Notes under the pieces: generated by a model | The model's input: only the letters and a program-made list of their open reading frames with translations | Database searches by the model: none | Told to the model about the DNA's origin: nothing | Program-made: the position numbers and the translations under genes | Shown: in pieces, positions 12,926-26,284 of the stretch | Layout of the letters: each line of letters opens with the position of its first letter | How positions within the stretch are numbered: position 1 is the stretch's first letter | Assembly: GCF_036321535.1 (NCBI RefSeq) | Contig: NC_087472.1 | Span: forward strand, 96,412,001 to 96,476,000 | DNA length: 64,000 bases | Source: Camelus dromedarius | Taxonomy: Eukaryota | Direction: 5' to 3'

Positions 12926-15900
12926 CATGCCCACTTGAAATCATTCATTGTCACGTTCAACTTTTTTATTTAGGACACCACGGAGAATATTAATATTTCT
13001 ATAAAAGATTTACCAATTTTAGGGAAGATATTTATCTACTTAGGTTTGACAGGGATTTTGTTGCCTGGATTCATTTTTTTCTGTACTGTAAGCTCCACAG
13101 AAGCAAATCTTTCTCAACAGGGAGCTGCTACAGAATGGATGACACGAGGTTGTGACCACAGGTGGTGGGAGTGACTCTGAGAAGATGCTCATAATCAAGG
13201 TGAACAAAAGGAAGATACAGAATCTCCTCACGTACTTCTGGCAGCCTAGGCAAAAACACTGAATTGTAGAAGCAGGCCTATCGGATACTCATTCATTCAT
13301 TCATTCATTCATGAAAGATTTATTGATGATCTGATATGTGCTAAATGCTAAGTGCTGGGTTAAAAATGGAGCTTACAGTACAGTGGAGGAGATGGACATT
13401 AAAGAAATAGCTATGAGGAGCAGTATAACATAATGGTTAGTAGAGTGGAGTCAAACTACTTGGGTTCAAATTCTAGCTCTGCCACTTGCTATTCTGAGCA
13501 AGTTCACTTAACCTCTCTGTGACTCAGTTTTATAATCAGTAGGGTTAATAATACCTACCCTCTTTGGGATGAAGCAACTGTTACTGCACACCATATGGGT
13601 GAATGTAGAATGAAAGAAGCCAAACACAACGGTACACACTGTATGACTCCATTTATGTCCAAAAAGAGGCAAAATGACATCTGTGGGGTCAGAAGTCAGC
13701 ATAGCAGTTACCCTTGATGGGGAGTGATGGTGTGATTTCTGGAAGGAGACATGAGGGGACCTTTAAGGTTCAGGTAATACTGTGTTTCTTCTGGGGGTGC
13801 TGGTTACACAAGCGTGCTCACTTTGTGAAAATTCATTGAGCTAAACATTCATGTGAACTTTACTATATGTATGTAATATCCATTAGAAGTTGGAAAAAAA
13901 CTATAGCAACAAAAGACAGATTTAGATAAACAGAATTTTTATGCACAAAAATGTTCTTTATAGTTTTGCTTATCCCTATGAAAAATTAGAGACAGCCTAA
14001 AAGTCCAACAACTTTTTAAAAGACAGTCATGGTGATTGTGAGAAAAATTCTCACAATCTATTACTAATTGATCAAAACAGAACAAAACATTTTGAACACA
14101 TACTACAACTTTATTTCTATAATCATTAAAATCTATCATTGTAAAGAAGAAATAATGACCTCCTTGGGTTGTTGGGAGGATTAAATGGGTATTACACTTA
14201 AAGTGCATAGAAGAGTACTTAGCGTGTAGTAAGTGCTCAATAATGTTAACTGTTACTGTTTTTATACAAATACATAATTGCAGGCTGTGAGAAGAAATAT
14301 AATGGAAAATGTGCTATAAAAGTGGATCCAGCATCCATGTTAGGTTTTCAAAATAAAGGATTCCTGTCATCCAGGATGCCATGATGCCGACACCAAGCTC
14401 TAACCACTAATAGGTCTTGCACTCAGAGTCCAGAGCCACCAACCTCGGAATAGGCCACAGATGAACACCCAAATAGAAAAGGCTGTAGACATTCACTGAT
14501 AGCAGTAATACTACGGTACACAGTCATAGCTCATCATGGTTTAAGAAATACTTTCACACAAAAAGACTCATGTAGGTTTAACAACAAACCAGTGAGGTAG
14601 CTAACACTCCCATTCTTCAGATGAAGTGACTGAGCTGTAATAACTTCTTTAAAGTAAAGAAAGGGGAAGGACTGAGATTTGAGCTTCATTTGTCGAGACG
14701 TCCAATTTCAAAACCCCCATTTCCCCCAATGCCTCCAGACCTTCCATAATGTAGGCAGCCATAAACAGACACAGAAGGCTCTCTCCCTCCCACTCCTGTC
14801 CCTTGGAATCCAGGAAGGAAAGCAGAAGACTGCAATCCAGGCTCTCCTATGGGAGGACTGACTCCCCAGGAAGGAAAGAAATGTGAGCCCGTCAAATCTC
14901 CTCGCACCCATGCTAATGACAGCCCTCCTAGCAAATGCTCTAATTGTATTAACAAGCAGGAGAGTCTTTATCTATGGAATACTTTTAGAAGGATGTACTT
15001 GGTTTGTCTGGCATTGTTTGTGGTAAACAAACCTGGAACACATGTATTTATGGGGCATGGCCCCCTGGAAAATGTAAGCTATATAAAAATCAGAGTAGAA
15101 AATGGAGGCATACCATCACCAAAGTAGCTCTCTTTTCTTCTAAGTGGTGACAGCACACATTGCTTAGAGACCTTATATGTTAAATCTGAGCTGGTATGTC
15201 TTAATGTGGAAAAAAAAAAAAGGGGGAAGTGGGGGGAGGGCCAGGAGAGCTGCACTGGTAGTCCCTGACTTCTCTCTGCTTTTTCTGTGCACATGATTAC
15301 TTGTACCCTTGAAATTATTACAAAAGCTTGATGTAGGGTAAAACAAGTGATTCTTCTAAGTCTGATTTGCCAATTTGATCCCTTGTATTAGCTCAGAAAC
15401 GATGGGTGTAGAGCAGTAAGTATAGTTGTAGTTGTTGGGCGTCCAAAGAGCACACTCAATGTGAAAAAGCTTCCAGATCACAGCCCTTGGGGCTTGACCC
15501 ACGTCAGGGGTCATCTCAGGAGTCCCAAAGACATGAATAGCCCAAACTAGGGTAGGGTCGCTCCAGATGGGGTTTCATTTCCCAAGGCAGACAGGATGAT
15601 TCCACTGAGAGACAGGTCTTTCTAGATGGTCACCGGTTCTTGAACCAGAGTCTTAGCTCTAAAAAAGACTCAATGTTATTTTTCTCTACTCCTCAGATCC
15701 AAACCCTGGTTCACATTCCAAGTTTGCTGGTGGTAGTTTATTTTAACTAAAGACCATTTGATTAAAAAAAAGAAAGAAGAAATATTTCTTCAGAAGGCTT
15801 ACCTGGTCAAAAGTCACCTCTTCTACAACTGGTTCTTGACTGGCCTGCTTGGTTTCAATCGCTTTAATTAGCAACTGGTCTCTAGGGGGACCCGCAGATA

Positions 15901-16677
15901 CTCCTTCCATCCTTTCTTGTTGCCATAAGTAAGCCCAACTACTGCCCACATGCTTAGACCCAGGACTTCCTTGTCAATACTTCAAAGACTAGGCAAATGC
16001 AGAATTTTCCATTACACATCCACAAGGTTATCTCATTGAAGCAGGGAAAGGAGGCCCATAGGAAGTCACACTGTCATAACAAATAGGTTGACGATGGCTC
16101 AGAATGAAGCAAAAGTGCGACCCCCAGGCCCTGCCACAAATCTACATATAAAAGTTGTTGTTCTTCAATCACTATATAGAGCGTAGTCTTCTGTGGAGGC
16201 ATCCTGTTATTACAAAATAAACATTTCATCTCCTTGCATGTAATCCATCTCTAGAGAGGACTCTTCTGCTCTGCTTAGAAATTAGGTCACAACTCTTAAC
16301 TCCAAGCTATAGTATATGTAAGCTAGATCTTCCAGCTTTATCATCTAAGGATGCATCATGGTGGAGTAGGGCGGCCATAGCTGACCAGGAGGAAATGGAC
16401 TGAAGAACAAAACTATCTAAGTGGTTTCTGGTGGTAGTACCTTACTGAGTCACTGAGCCTCCGTAAAATATTTCCCTGATCAATACATACTGTAAAGCAT
16501 ACTGCATTCTGTCTTACATGTGGGAGTAGATTCTGTCTACTTGGCTAATGAGTACAAAGGCCTGAAGGCACCAGAGTCAGATGGAGGTTACTGGCTTTTT
16601 AAAATTCTTCATTAAAAAAAATTCCACAGGCACACAGCAGGTTGGCCCTAGGCAAAACTGAGAGAGATGAAGCGTAC

Positions 16678-16809
16678 CTTTGGATTTACCATTATTTTCT
16701 TTCTCTCCCTGAAATAGCCACTCCCTTCATACAAAAGTATCCTTTCTCTAAATGTTACAGTCCTGAGCTCACCCAAAAAATGGCTTGCTGTGTCCCCAGA
16801 GTTCTCTAT
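16678..16809 (-). pseudogene. Fossil-gene exon, open 44 codons, phase 0-0
   Basis: ttaccag|ATA...AAG|gtacgc; IENSGDTASHFLGELRTVTFRERILLYEGSGYFRERKKIMVNPK. Confidence 0.65.
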
Positions 16810-19800
16810 CTGGTAACAGAAACTCTGAAAATGTAACCATCCACTTCATTCATTCATTAATTCACCAAATATTATTGGGTACTGTTTTGTATCAGACATG
16901 TTAAGTTGCTGGGGATACAAAAATGTGTAAGAAAAATCTTTTCCTCCTTCCTTGCTCACTCATCTGATCATCACAAAATCCTGTTACTTTGACCTCTTAA
17001 AAATCTCTTGGATTCTCTCTTTTCTTTGTAAGTAACTACCCACCATCATTTTGGCTCAGCCCTCATGAACTGGATCTACTGCAATAATCTTAACCACCCA
17101 TCCTCAATGCATCCTTTTTCTTCAAAACCAGTCTCCATATATGAATTAATATTCCTAAAATGTTCTTGCTCCAAGCTGCCCTCAGGTCCTCCATGATCTG
17201 ATCCTTACTTGCCTTCCATTCTGTAATAGTTATGCTAGTCTGCTTAGCTTCTTGGAATACACTATGTTCCTGTGCTTCCATGCCTTACCATGTGGAGCAT
17301 TTTTTGCTAACAGTTTTACCAAGACATAATTCACATACCATACAATTCACCTACAAAAGTGTACAATTCAATGATTTTTGGTATATCTACAAAGTTGTAC
17401 AACCACTTCCACAATTGATTTTAGAACATTTTCATTAGCCCCAAGAGAAATCCTTTACCCATTAGCTGTCACTCCCCATTTTTCTTCAATCCCCTCTCAC
17501 CCTAGGTAATCATGGATATTCTTTCTGTCTCTATGGATTTGCCTACTTTGGACATTGCATATAAGTGGAATCATATAATATTTAGCCTTTTGCATCTGGC
17601 TTCTTGTATACTATAAATATTTATAAATATTATAAATACTATAAATGCAGATGTTTCTGGTACATGGATCACACTTTGAGTAGCAAAAAGCTATAATTTG
17701 GCAGATCTGTTGGGGACCTTTGAGCTCTGCTGGGCTCAACTTGGATCTATGTGTCTTCTCATTCTGGAACCCAGCCTGAAAAGCAGATACTCTCGAGAGC
17801 TGTTCTCACAGTGGAAAGCAGAAGGTCAAAAAGGGGAACAAAACCATATCAAGAATGGCATGAAAGCTTCTGTTAGGATGTGGTATAAGTCATAAATGTC
17901 CATGTTCCATTGGCCAAAGCAAGTTACATGATCAAGCCCAAAGTCAATGGTGTGGGGGAATTCATTCCTATGTGCTGGAAAACACAAGGTGGTAAGTGTT
18001 GCAGAGCATGCATGGGTGCAAAGGAGATAGTGATTAGTTCTACCTGGGAGGGTCAAGGAAGGCCTCAGAGAGAATGTGATGGTTGAGCCAGATCTTGAAA
18101 GATAAGTAGAAGTTCCCAGCAAACCGAGAATGCAGACCAAGGTGGAAGAGAGGATTCAAGCCAACAGAAAAGCATGAAGCAGAGAGCTATGGAAAGATGT
18201 TCAACATCATTAATCAGCAGGGAAATGCAAAACAAAACCACAATGAGATACCACTTCATCACACTAGGTTGTCTATGATCAAAAAGACAGATAATAGGGG
18301 GAGGGAGAAGATGGCGGAGTAGAAGGACGCTCGCAGGTCACCCTCTCCCACAAATACACCAAGACCCACATCTACAGACCCACTCAGCCAACCAGAGCAC
18401 CTGTGGAACTCCGACAGAACATCGCCCTCTTCAAAAGATAAAGACGCCAAAAATCTGGTAGGAGAAAAGGAAAAAAGAAAACAAAAGGCAAAGCAGCGCG
18501 GGACGGGTCCCGCGGGGAGGGAGCGGCAAAGGAGGACTGGCGCTCGCTCGCTGGGTCTCCCCTCTCCAACTGAGAGGCCAGCGGTACGGAGGGGGAGCCT
18601 CCGAGGCTCAGATCTGTACAGAGCAGCCCTTGACTAACAGAACTAAGTTAAACGGGCACAGAGCGTCCCCCCGACACCCAGCCTGAGACGCGGGCCGGCA
18701 GCGGCGGGCAGGGCCAGGCTGCACAAGCCGGGCGGAGGACGGAAGTGGCTGCACGGAGGCAGCCCCAGGGGAACGCAAGGGGCTGCGCGCCGTGGCTGTG
18801 GGTGCACAGGGCAGAACAGCCTGGGCCCTCCATAAAACAGCAAGGTTGATGTGCTCTCGGGGGAAGGGTGCACACCCCCATCTCTGAAAACCCGCGGAAA
18901 GTTTTCGGGGGAAGAGAGGCGGGGCTCAGGCACAGCCGCCATATCCACCGCGCTGAGCACTCAGGCGGGGGCGGGGGCGAAACCTGCATCCACACTGAAG
19001 GGCTTAGCAGCCTCAAAGGCCAGACTGAGACTGGCCTGCAGCCCGGGGCAGATAGGATCCTTCCATCCTGGTCCCTCAGAGAACTTGCTCCACAAAGACA
19101 AACAGGGAGCTGGGTTTTGGCTCCAAGCAGGGACAGGGCTGTCCCTCGGTCTTCCCCGAGCCCACCTGCTGAGCGCCGACCAGGGCGGAGCGCGCAGCCG
19201 CACAGAGAGCGGAGCTACCGGCGGCGGCGCAGGTAGAGCGAGAGCGGCCCCCCCGCCTTTCGGGCAGGAACACAGCCCCTGACCGAGGTGCTGGGAGGGG
19301 GCACGACCCACCCTCCTACCCGGCCAGTCTGCAACATCTGACTGTGGCATCCGGAGGGGCAGCGACCCGCCCGCCCACAGCAGAGGAGAGCTGCACCTGA
19401 CCCAGTGTTAGGAGGAGGCGCGATCTGCTTGCCGACAGGTGCTGGGAGCAGCACAGAAGAGGGCGCCAACGGAGGGCCTCTGAAAACAGCAAGCTGAGCT
19501 TCCAAAACAGGACGAAGACAGAAAGACTTCACAGTAAAAGCACACAGACTCCAGGAGAACACCGACAAACCCCCCCCCCTTTTTTTTAATCTGTTTTTAC
19601 CTGTTCTATTTTCTATTACTCTCTTAATTTTTACTTCTTAATTCATTTCTGTTTCTCTTGGGTTTTGATGTCCTGCTATTGATTAGACACAGGTTTCAAA
19701 TACATCTATTCATCTCCCCCTCCTTTTTTTGTGAAGGTTTTAAAAGGACGTCTCAACCCGATTAATACTCTGCTTCAACTTACTCTTCTATTATTCATTA

Positions 19801-19962
19801 TACAGTTTTCAAACCCTCTTTCTCCCTTCTTTTAAAATTCTTTCTCTCTTATTTTTTTTTCTTTTTTTCCTAAGTCTATTCCTAAATAGGCATTAGATAG
19901 ATAAAATCCTTAAGGACCAAAACAAACAACTGATACTCCATAAACCACAGTGCCAAAGAGGT

Positions 19963-20858
19963 ATGAGCAAGATGAAGAAGCAGAAAAACCTTTCCCAATT
20001 AAAAGAACAAGAGAAATCCCCTGAAAGATCAATGAAATAGACATCGATAGCCTACTAGATCAAGATTTCAAAAAAGGAGTGATCGAATTGCTGAAGGAAT
20101 TAAAAGAGATAGTGTTTAGAGATATAAAATATGTCAAAAATGAAATTGAAGCTATAAAGAAGAGCCAAGTAGAATGGATAAACTCATTGACAGAGATGAG
20201 GAATGATCTAATAGCTGTGCAAAGCCGACTAGATAATGCAGAGGAACGAATTAGTGATCTAGAAGACAGGGCAATAGAAAGCACCCATTCAGAACTACAA
20301 GAGAAGCAAATAAAAAATAATGAAAATAGCATAAGGGACCTATGGGATAATATAAAGCGTCCCAATCTTCGCATAATAGGGGTCCCAGAAGGAGAAGAAA
20401 GATCAAAGGGGATTGAAAAGGTTTTTGAAGAAATCATGACTGAAAACTTCCCAAACTTAAAGAAGGAATCAGATATCCAAGTACAGGAAGCTCAGAGGGT
20501 CCCAAACAGGAAGAACCCAAATAGACCCACACCAAGACATATCATAATCAAGATGGCCAGAGTCAAGGATAAAGAAATGATTCTAAAGGCAGCAAGAGAA
20601 AAGCAAAGAGTAAGTTACAAGGGAACCCCCATAAGGCTCTCAGCTGATTTCTCTACACAAACACTACAGGCCAGAAGGGAGTAGCAAGATATATTCAAAG
20701 CCCTGAATGAAAAAAAGATGCAGCCTAGGATCCTTTATCCAGCAAGGCTATCCTTGAGGATAGAAGGAGAAATAAAGAGTTTCACAGACAAAAAAAAGCT
20801 GCAGGAGTTTAGCAACACTAAACCCATGCTAAAAGAAATATTGAAAGGGCTATTCTAA
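19963..20858 (+). pseudogene. L1 ORF1p (disrupted)
   Basis: DNIKRPNLRIIGVPEGEE, RPTPRHIIIK, IRLSADFS, QARRE motifs. Frameshift near 20028; TGG->TAG stop at 20682. Confidence 0.93.
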
Positions 20859-21263
20859 ATAGAAAAAGCAGCAGGATGCTACAGAAATGAGAAACACACA
20901 ACTGGAAAGGTGATAACTCATGAATTACAAATAAAGTAAACATGAAATTATAAAAGAAGACATACAAATCACTGAGAGTGGGAGAGGGAGGCAGGGAAAT
21001 ATAGAATATTTTTTTCTTTCTTTTTTAAATTTTTTTAACAGTAGGATGGGTTTGAGATCATGTTACTATCAGTTTAATAAAAACAGTTATAGTAATGGGT
21101 TGATAGATTTACAAAAAAGGGTAACCACAAGCCAAAAATTTACAAAGGAGTCACAAAAATTAAATAAAATCCATGATAATACAAAGGAAAATTACCAAAC
21201 CACAAAAGGAAGAAGAAAGGAACAAAGAGGATATACCAATTCAACTGCAAAGATAAGTTCAAA

Positions 21264-24200
21264 ATGGCAATAAACACACATCTATCATTAATTATGGTAA
21301 ATGTTAATGGACTAAATGCTCCAGTCAAAAGACACAGAGTGGCAGACTGGATAATAAAGCAAGACCCTTCAATATGCTGCATACAAGAGACCCACTTTAG
21401 GGAGAAGGACACATATAGATTGAGAGTGAAAGGATGGAAAAGGATATTCCATGCAAATGGAAAAGCCAAAAAAGCAGGTGTTGCAGTACTGATTTCAGAC
21501 AAAATAGACTTTAAAACAAAGGCCATAAAGAAAGATAAAGAAGGACATTTTATAATGATTAAAGGAGGGATACAAGATGAGGATATTACACTCGTTAATA
21601 TATATGCACCCAATATAGGAGCACCTAAGTACATACAAGAATTACTAACAGAGATAAAGGGGGACATTGATGGGAATACAATCATAGTTGGAGATTTTAA
21701 CACTGCATTAACATCACTAGACAGATCTTCCAGACAGAAAATAAACAAGGCAACAGAGAAATTAAATACTACAATAGAAAAACTAGATTTGGTGGATATT
21801 TTCAGAGCATTACACCCCCCAAAAATAGGATATACATTCTTTTCAAGTGCACATGGAACATTTTCCAGGATCGATCATGTACTTGGGCACAAAAGAAACC
21901 TCAACAATTTTAAGAAGATAGAAATTATCTCAAGCATCTTTACTGACCACAGTGCCATGAAACTGGAAATCAACAGCAGAGAAACAAAGGAGAAAAAAAG
22001 GAAAGCATGGAGATTAAACAATATGTTATTGAAAAAACAATGGGTCAATGAGGAAATCAAAGCTGAAATTAAAAAATACCTTGAGACAAATGATAATGAA
22101 AGCACAACCACTCAAAATCTATGGGACACGGCAAAGGCAGTGCTAAGAGGGAAGTTTATAGCGATACAGGCCTTCCTCAAAAAAGAACAATCTCAAATAA
22201 ACAATTTAACCCACCAGTTGAATGAATTAGAAAAAGAACAAAAAGCCCCAAAAGGCAGCAGAAGGAAGGAAATTATAAAGATCAGGGAGGAAATAAATAC
22301 AGTAGAGATTAACAAGATCATAGAAAAATATCAACCAAACCAAAAGCTGGTTTTTTGAAAAAGTAAATAAAATCGACAAACCTCTGGCCAAACTCACAAA
22401 GAAGAAAAAAGAGAGAGCACAAATTAGCAAAATAAGAAAGGAAAATGGAGAAATTACAACAAATACAATAGAAATACAGAATATCATACAAGAATATTAT
22501 GAAAAACTATATGGAACCAAACTGGATAACCTAGAAGAGATGGACAAGTTTCTGGAAACATACTGTCCACCAAAACTGAATCAAGAAGAATCTGAACACT
22601 TGAACAATCCGATCACTAGAAAGGAAATAGAAATAGCAATTAAAAACCTCCCTACAAATAAAAGTCCAGGACCGGACGGCTTCACCAGGGAATTCTACCA
22701 AACATACAAAGAAGAACTCATACCAGTCCTTCTCAAACTCTTCCAGACGATTGAAAAGGAGGGAATACTCCCAAACTCATTCTATGAAGCCACCATCACC
22801 CTGATACCAAAACCAGGCAAAGACACTACAAAAAAAGAGAATTACAGGCCAATATCACTGATGAACATAGATGCCAAAATCCTCACCAAAATTCTAGCAA
22901 ATAGAATCCAACAACACATAAAAAAGATTATACATCATGACCAAGTGGGGTTCATCCCAGGGACACAAGGCTGGTTCAACATACGCAAATCAATCAGTGT
23001 AATACATCACATCAACAAGAGAAAGGACAAAAACCACATGATCATCTCAATCGATGCAGAAAAAGCATTTGATAAAATTCAACACCCATTTATGATAAAA
23101 ACTCTTGCCAAAGTGGGTATAGAGGGAACATATCTCAACATAATAAAAGCTATATATGACAAACCTACAGCCAGCATAGTACTCAACGGTGAAAAACTCA
23201 AAAGCTTCCCACTAAAATCTGGGACAAGACAAGGATGCCCACTATCACCACTCCTATTCAACATAGTCCTGGAAGTCCTAGCCACAGCAGTCAGGCAAGA
23301 GAAAGAAATAAAAGGGATCCAAATTGGAAAAGAAGAGGTAAAAGTGTCATTATATGCTGATGACATGTTACTATATATAGAAAACCCTAAAAGGTCCACA
23401 CAAAAGCTACTAGAGCTGATTGAAGAATTCAGCAAGGTAGCAGGTTACAAAATTAACGTTCAAAAATCAGTTGCATTTCTTTACACTAACGATAAATCAA
23501 CAGAAGAAGAAAGTAAAGAAACAATCCCCTTTAAAATAGCACCCAAAGTAATAAAATATCTGGGAATAAATCTAACCAAGGAGGTGAAAGAATTATACAC
23601 AGAAAACTATAAACCATTGATGAAGGAAATTAAAGAAGACTTTAAAAAATGGAAAGATATTCCATGCTCTTGGATTGGAAGAATCAATATTGTTAAAATG
23701 GTCACACTGCCCAAGGCAATCTACAGATTTAATGCAATCCCTATCCAATTACCCAGGACATATTTCATCACAGAACTAGAACAAATCATAATAAAATTCA
23801 TATGGAACCATCAAAGACCTAGAATTGCCAAAGCATTACTGAAGAGAAAGAAAGAGGCTGGAGGAATAACTCTCCCAGACTTCAGACAATACTATAGAGC
23901 TACAGTCATCAAGACAGCATGGTATTGGTACCAAAACAGACATATAGACCAATGGAACAGAATAGAGAGCCCAGAAATGAACCCACAAACTTTTGGTCAA
24001 CTCATCTTTGACAAAGGAGGCAAGAATATACAATGGAATAAAGACAGTCTCTTCAGCAAATGGTGTTGGGAAAACTGGACAGCAGCATGTAAAACAATGA
24101 AGCTAGAACACTCCCTTACACCCATATACAAAAATCAACTCAAAATGGATTAAAGACTTAAACATAAGACAAGATACAATAAACCTCCTAGAGGAAAACA

Positions 24201-25060
24201 TAGGCAAAACATTATCTGACATACATTTAAAAAATTTTCTCCTAGAAGAAATAAAAGCAAGAATAAACAAATGGGACCTAATGAAACTTACAAGCTTCTG
24301 CACAGCAAAGGAAACCAGAAATAAAACAAGAAGAAAACCTACGGAATGGGAGAAAATTTTTGCAAGTGAAACCGACAAAGGCTTGATCTCCAGAATATAT
24401 AAGCAGCTCATACGACTCAATAAGAAAAAAATAAACAACCCAATCCAAAAATGGGCAGAAGACCTAAACAAGCAATTCTCCAAGGAAGACATACAAATGA
24501 TCAAAAAGCACATGAAAAAATGCTCAGTATCACTAATTATCAGAGAAATGCAAATCAAAACTACAATGAGGTATCACCTCACACCAGTCAGAATGGCCGT
24601 CATTCAAAAATCCACAAATGACAAATGCTGGAGAGGCTGTGGAGAAAGGGGAACCCTCCTACACTGCTGGTGGGAATGCAGTTTGGTGCAGCCACTATGG
24701 AAAACAGTGTGGAGATTCCTCAAAAGACTAGGAATAGACTTACCATATGACCCAGGAATCCCACTCCTGGGCTTGTATCCAGAAGGAATTCTACTTCAGG
24801 ATGACACCTGCACCCCAATGTTCATAGCAGCACTATTTACAATAGCCAAAACATGGAAACAGCCTAAATGTCCATCAACAGGTGACTGGATAAAGAAGAG
24901 GTGGTATATTTATACAATGGAATACTACTCAGCCATAAAAACCGACAACATAATGCCATTTGCAGCAACATGGATGCTCCTGGAGAATGTCATTCTAAGT
25001 GAAGTAAGCCAGAAAGAGAAAGAAAAATACCATATGAGATCGCTCATATGTGGAATCTAA
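21264..25060 (+). pseudogene. L1 ORF2p endonuclease/reverse transcriptase (disrupted)
   Basis: EN motifs NVNGLN, QETH, GDFN, TDH; RT motifs QGCPLSP, YADD; C-terminal Cys-rich region. Frameshifts near 22330 and 24120 split it into three ORFs. Confidence 0.95.
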
Positions 25061-25547
25061 AAAACAAAAACAAAAACAAACAAACAAACAAAAACAAAGC
25101 ATAAATAAAGGACAGAAATAGACTCACAGACAGAGAATACAGACTTGTGGTTACCAGTGGGGTGGAGGGTGGGAAGGGATAGACTGGGATTTCAAAACTG
25201 TAGAATAGACTACACTGTATAGCACAGGGAAATATACACAAAATGTTATGATAACTCACAGAGAAAAAAATGTGACAATGAGTGTGTATATGTCCATGAA
25301 TAACTGAAAAATTGTGCTGAACACTGGAATTTGACACAACATTGTAAAATGATTATAAATCAATAAAAAATGTTAAAAAAAAAAAAAGACAGATAATAAC
25401 AATAGCTGGTGAGATTGTGGTGAAATTGGAACCTATATACACTGTTGGTGGGAATGTAAGATAGTGTAGCTACTTTGGAAAAGAACCTGCTACTTCCTCA
25501 AAGGTTTAAACTTGGAATGACCATAGGAGCAATTCTGCTCCAAGATA

Positions 25548-25864
25548 CAGGCACACCTTGTTTTATTGTGCTTTGCTCTATTGCACTTCGCAGATATTGC
25601 ATTTTTTGTCAAGTTAAAGGTTTGTGGCAACCCTGTGTTGTCAGATAATGCATTTCTTAGCAATAAAATATTTTAAAATTAAGGCATATGCATTGCTTTT
25701 TTTAGACATAGTGCTCTTGGGCACTTAGTAGACCACAGTATAGCGTAGACATAATGTTTATATGCATTGGGAAACCAAAAAATTTGTGTGACTTGCTTTA
25801 TTGTGATATTTGCTTTATAGTGGTGGTCTGGAACCCAATCTGCAATATCTCCAAGGTCTGCCTG
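25548..25864 (+). mobile_element. Internally deleted Tigger1 (Tc1/mariner-pogo) element
   Basis: TA|caggcacaccttg ... ccaaggtctgcctg|TA terminal inverted repeats with TA TSD. Confidence 0.85.
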
Positions 25865-26284
25865 TATATTCCTGTATATGAAGACATATGTTTACACAAA
25901 TATTTGTACATGAATGATTCATAGCTGCATTATTCATAATAGCCAAAAGGTGGAAACAACTCAAATGTCCATCAACTGATGAATGAATAAATACAACAGC
26001 CTATAATGGAAAAGAATCTGAAAAAGAATATGTATATATAAATATCTGAATCATTTTGCTGTACACCTGAAACACTGTAAATCAACTACACTTCAATTTT
26101 TTTAAAAAATGTAATCTATGAAGATGACACTGATCATAGGCACAGAATGGAATTTGGGGCTATAGCCTGACCAAACAGCCATAACCGATATATGTATGCA
26201 GAACAACTGAAAATCATCCCCTGGGTTTTCTTCTTTGAAACACCTGCCTCACAATGAAGGTGAAAATCAGATACCACTCTAGAT

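Larger units (their letters stand above)
5050..16809 (-). pseudogene. Decayed multi-exon protein-coding gene (unprocessed/unitary pseudogene), family not recognised
   Basis: Minus-strand exons: 16809-16678, 16561-16518, 16399-16301, 16203-16072, 15988-15803, 15658-15307, 15199-15033, 14482-~14340, 13245-13040, 8505-8300, 7691-7565, 6564-~6300, 5737-5473, 5323-~5050. All have AG acceptors and most have GT donors. Introns in the 15-17 kb cluster are 83-144 nt. Phases mostly join, and many stops are TGA at plausible Arg (CGA) positions. Confidence 0.7.
18297..25382 (+). mobile_element. Full-length LINE-1 (young lineage-specific subfamily), inactivated
   Basis: GC-rich 5'UTR starting gggggagggagaagatggcgg, then ORF1, ORF2, 3'UTR and poly(A). 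Perfect 16-bp TSD aaaaagacagataata (18281-18296 / 25383-25398). Inserted in an older L1M fragment (~18190-18296, 25399-~26000). Confidence 0.97.

Noticed and set aside
6300..13245. Resemblance of fossil peptides to P450 (ExxR), HECT, glutamine amidotransferase (GVQFHP) or STRA6 tails
   Set aside because: Only short motif-level likeness, with wrong spacing or context; no family assignment made.
18384..19568. Multiple GC-rich ORFs in the L1 5'UTR
   Set aside because: Expected from stop-poor GC-rich sequence; no evidence for an ORF0-like product.
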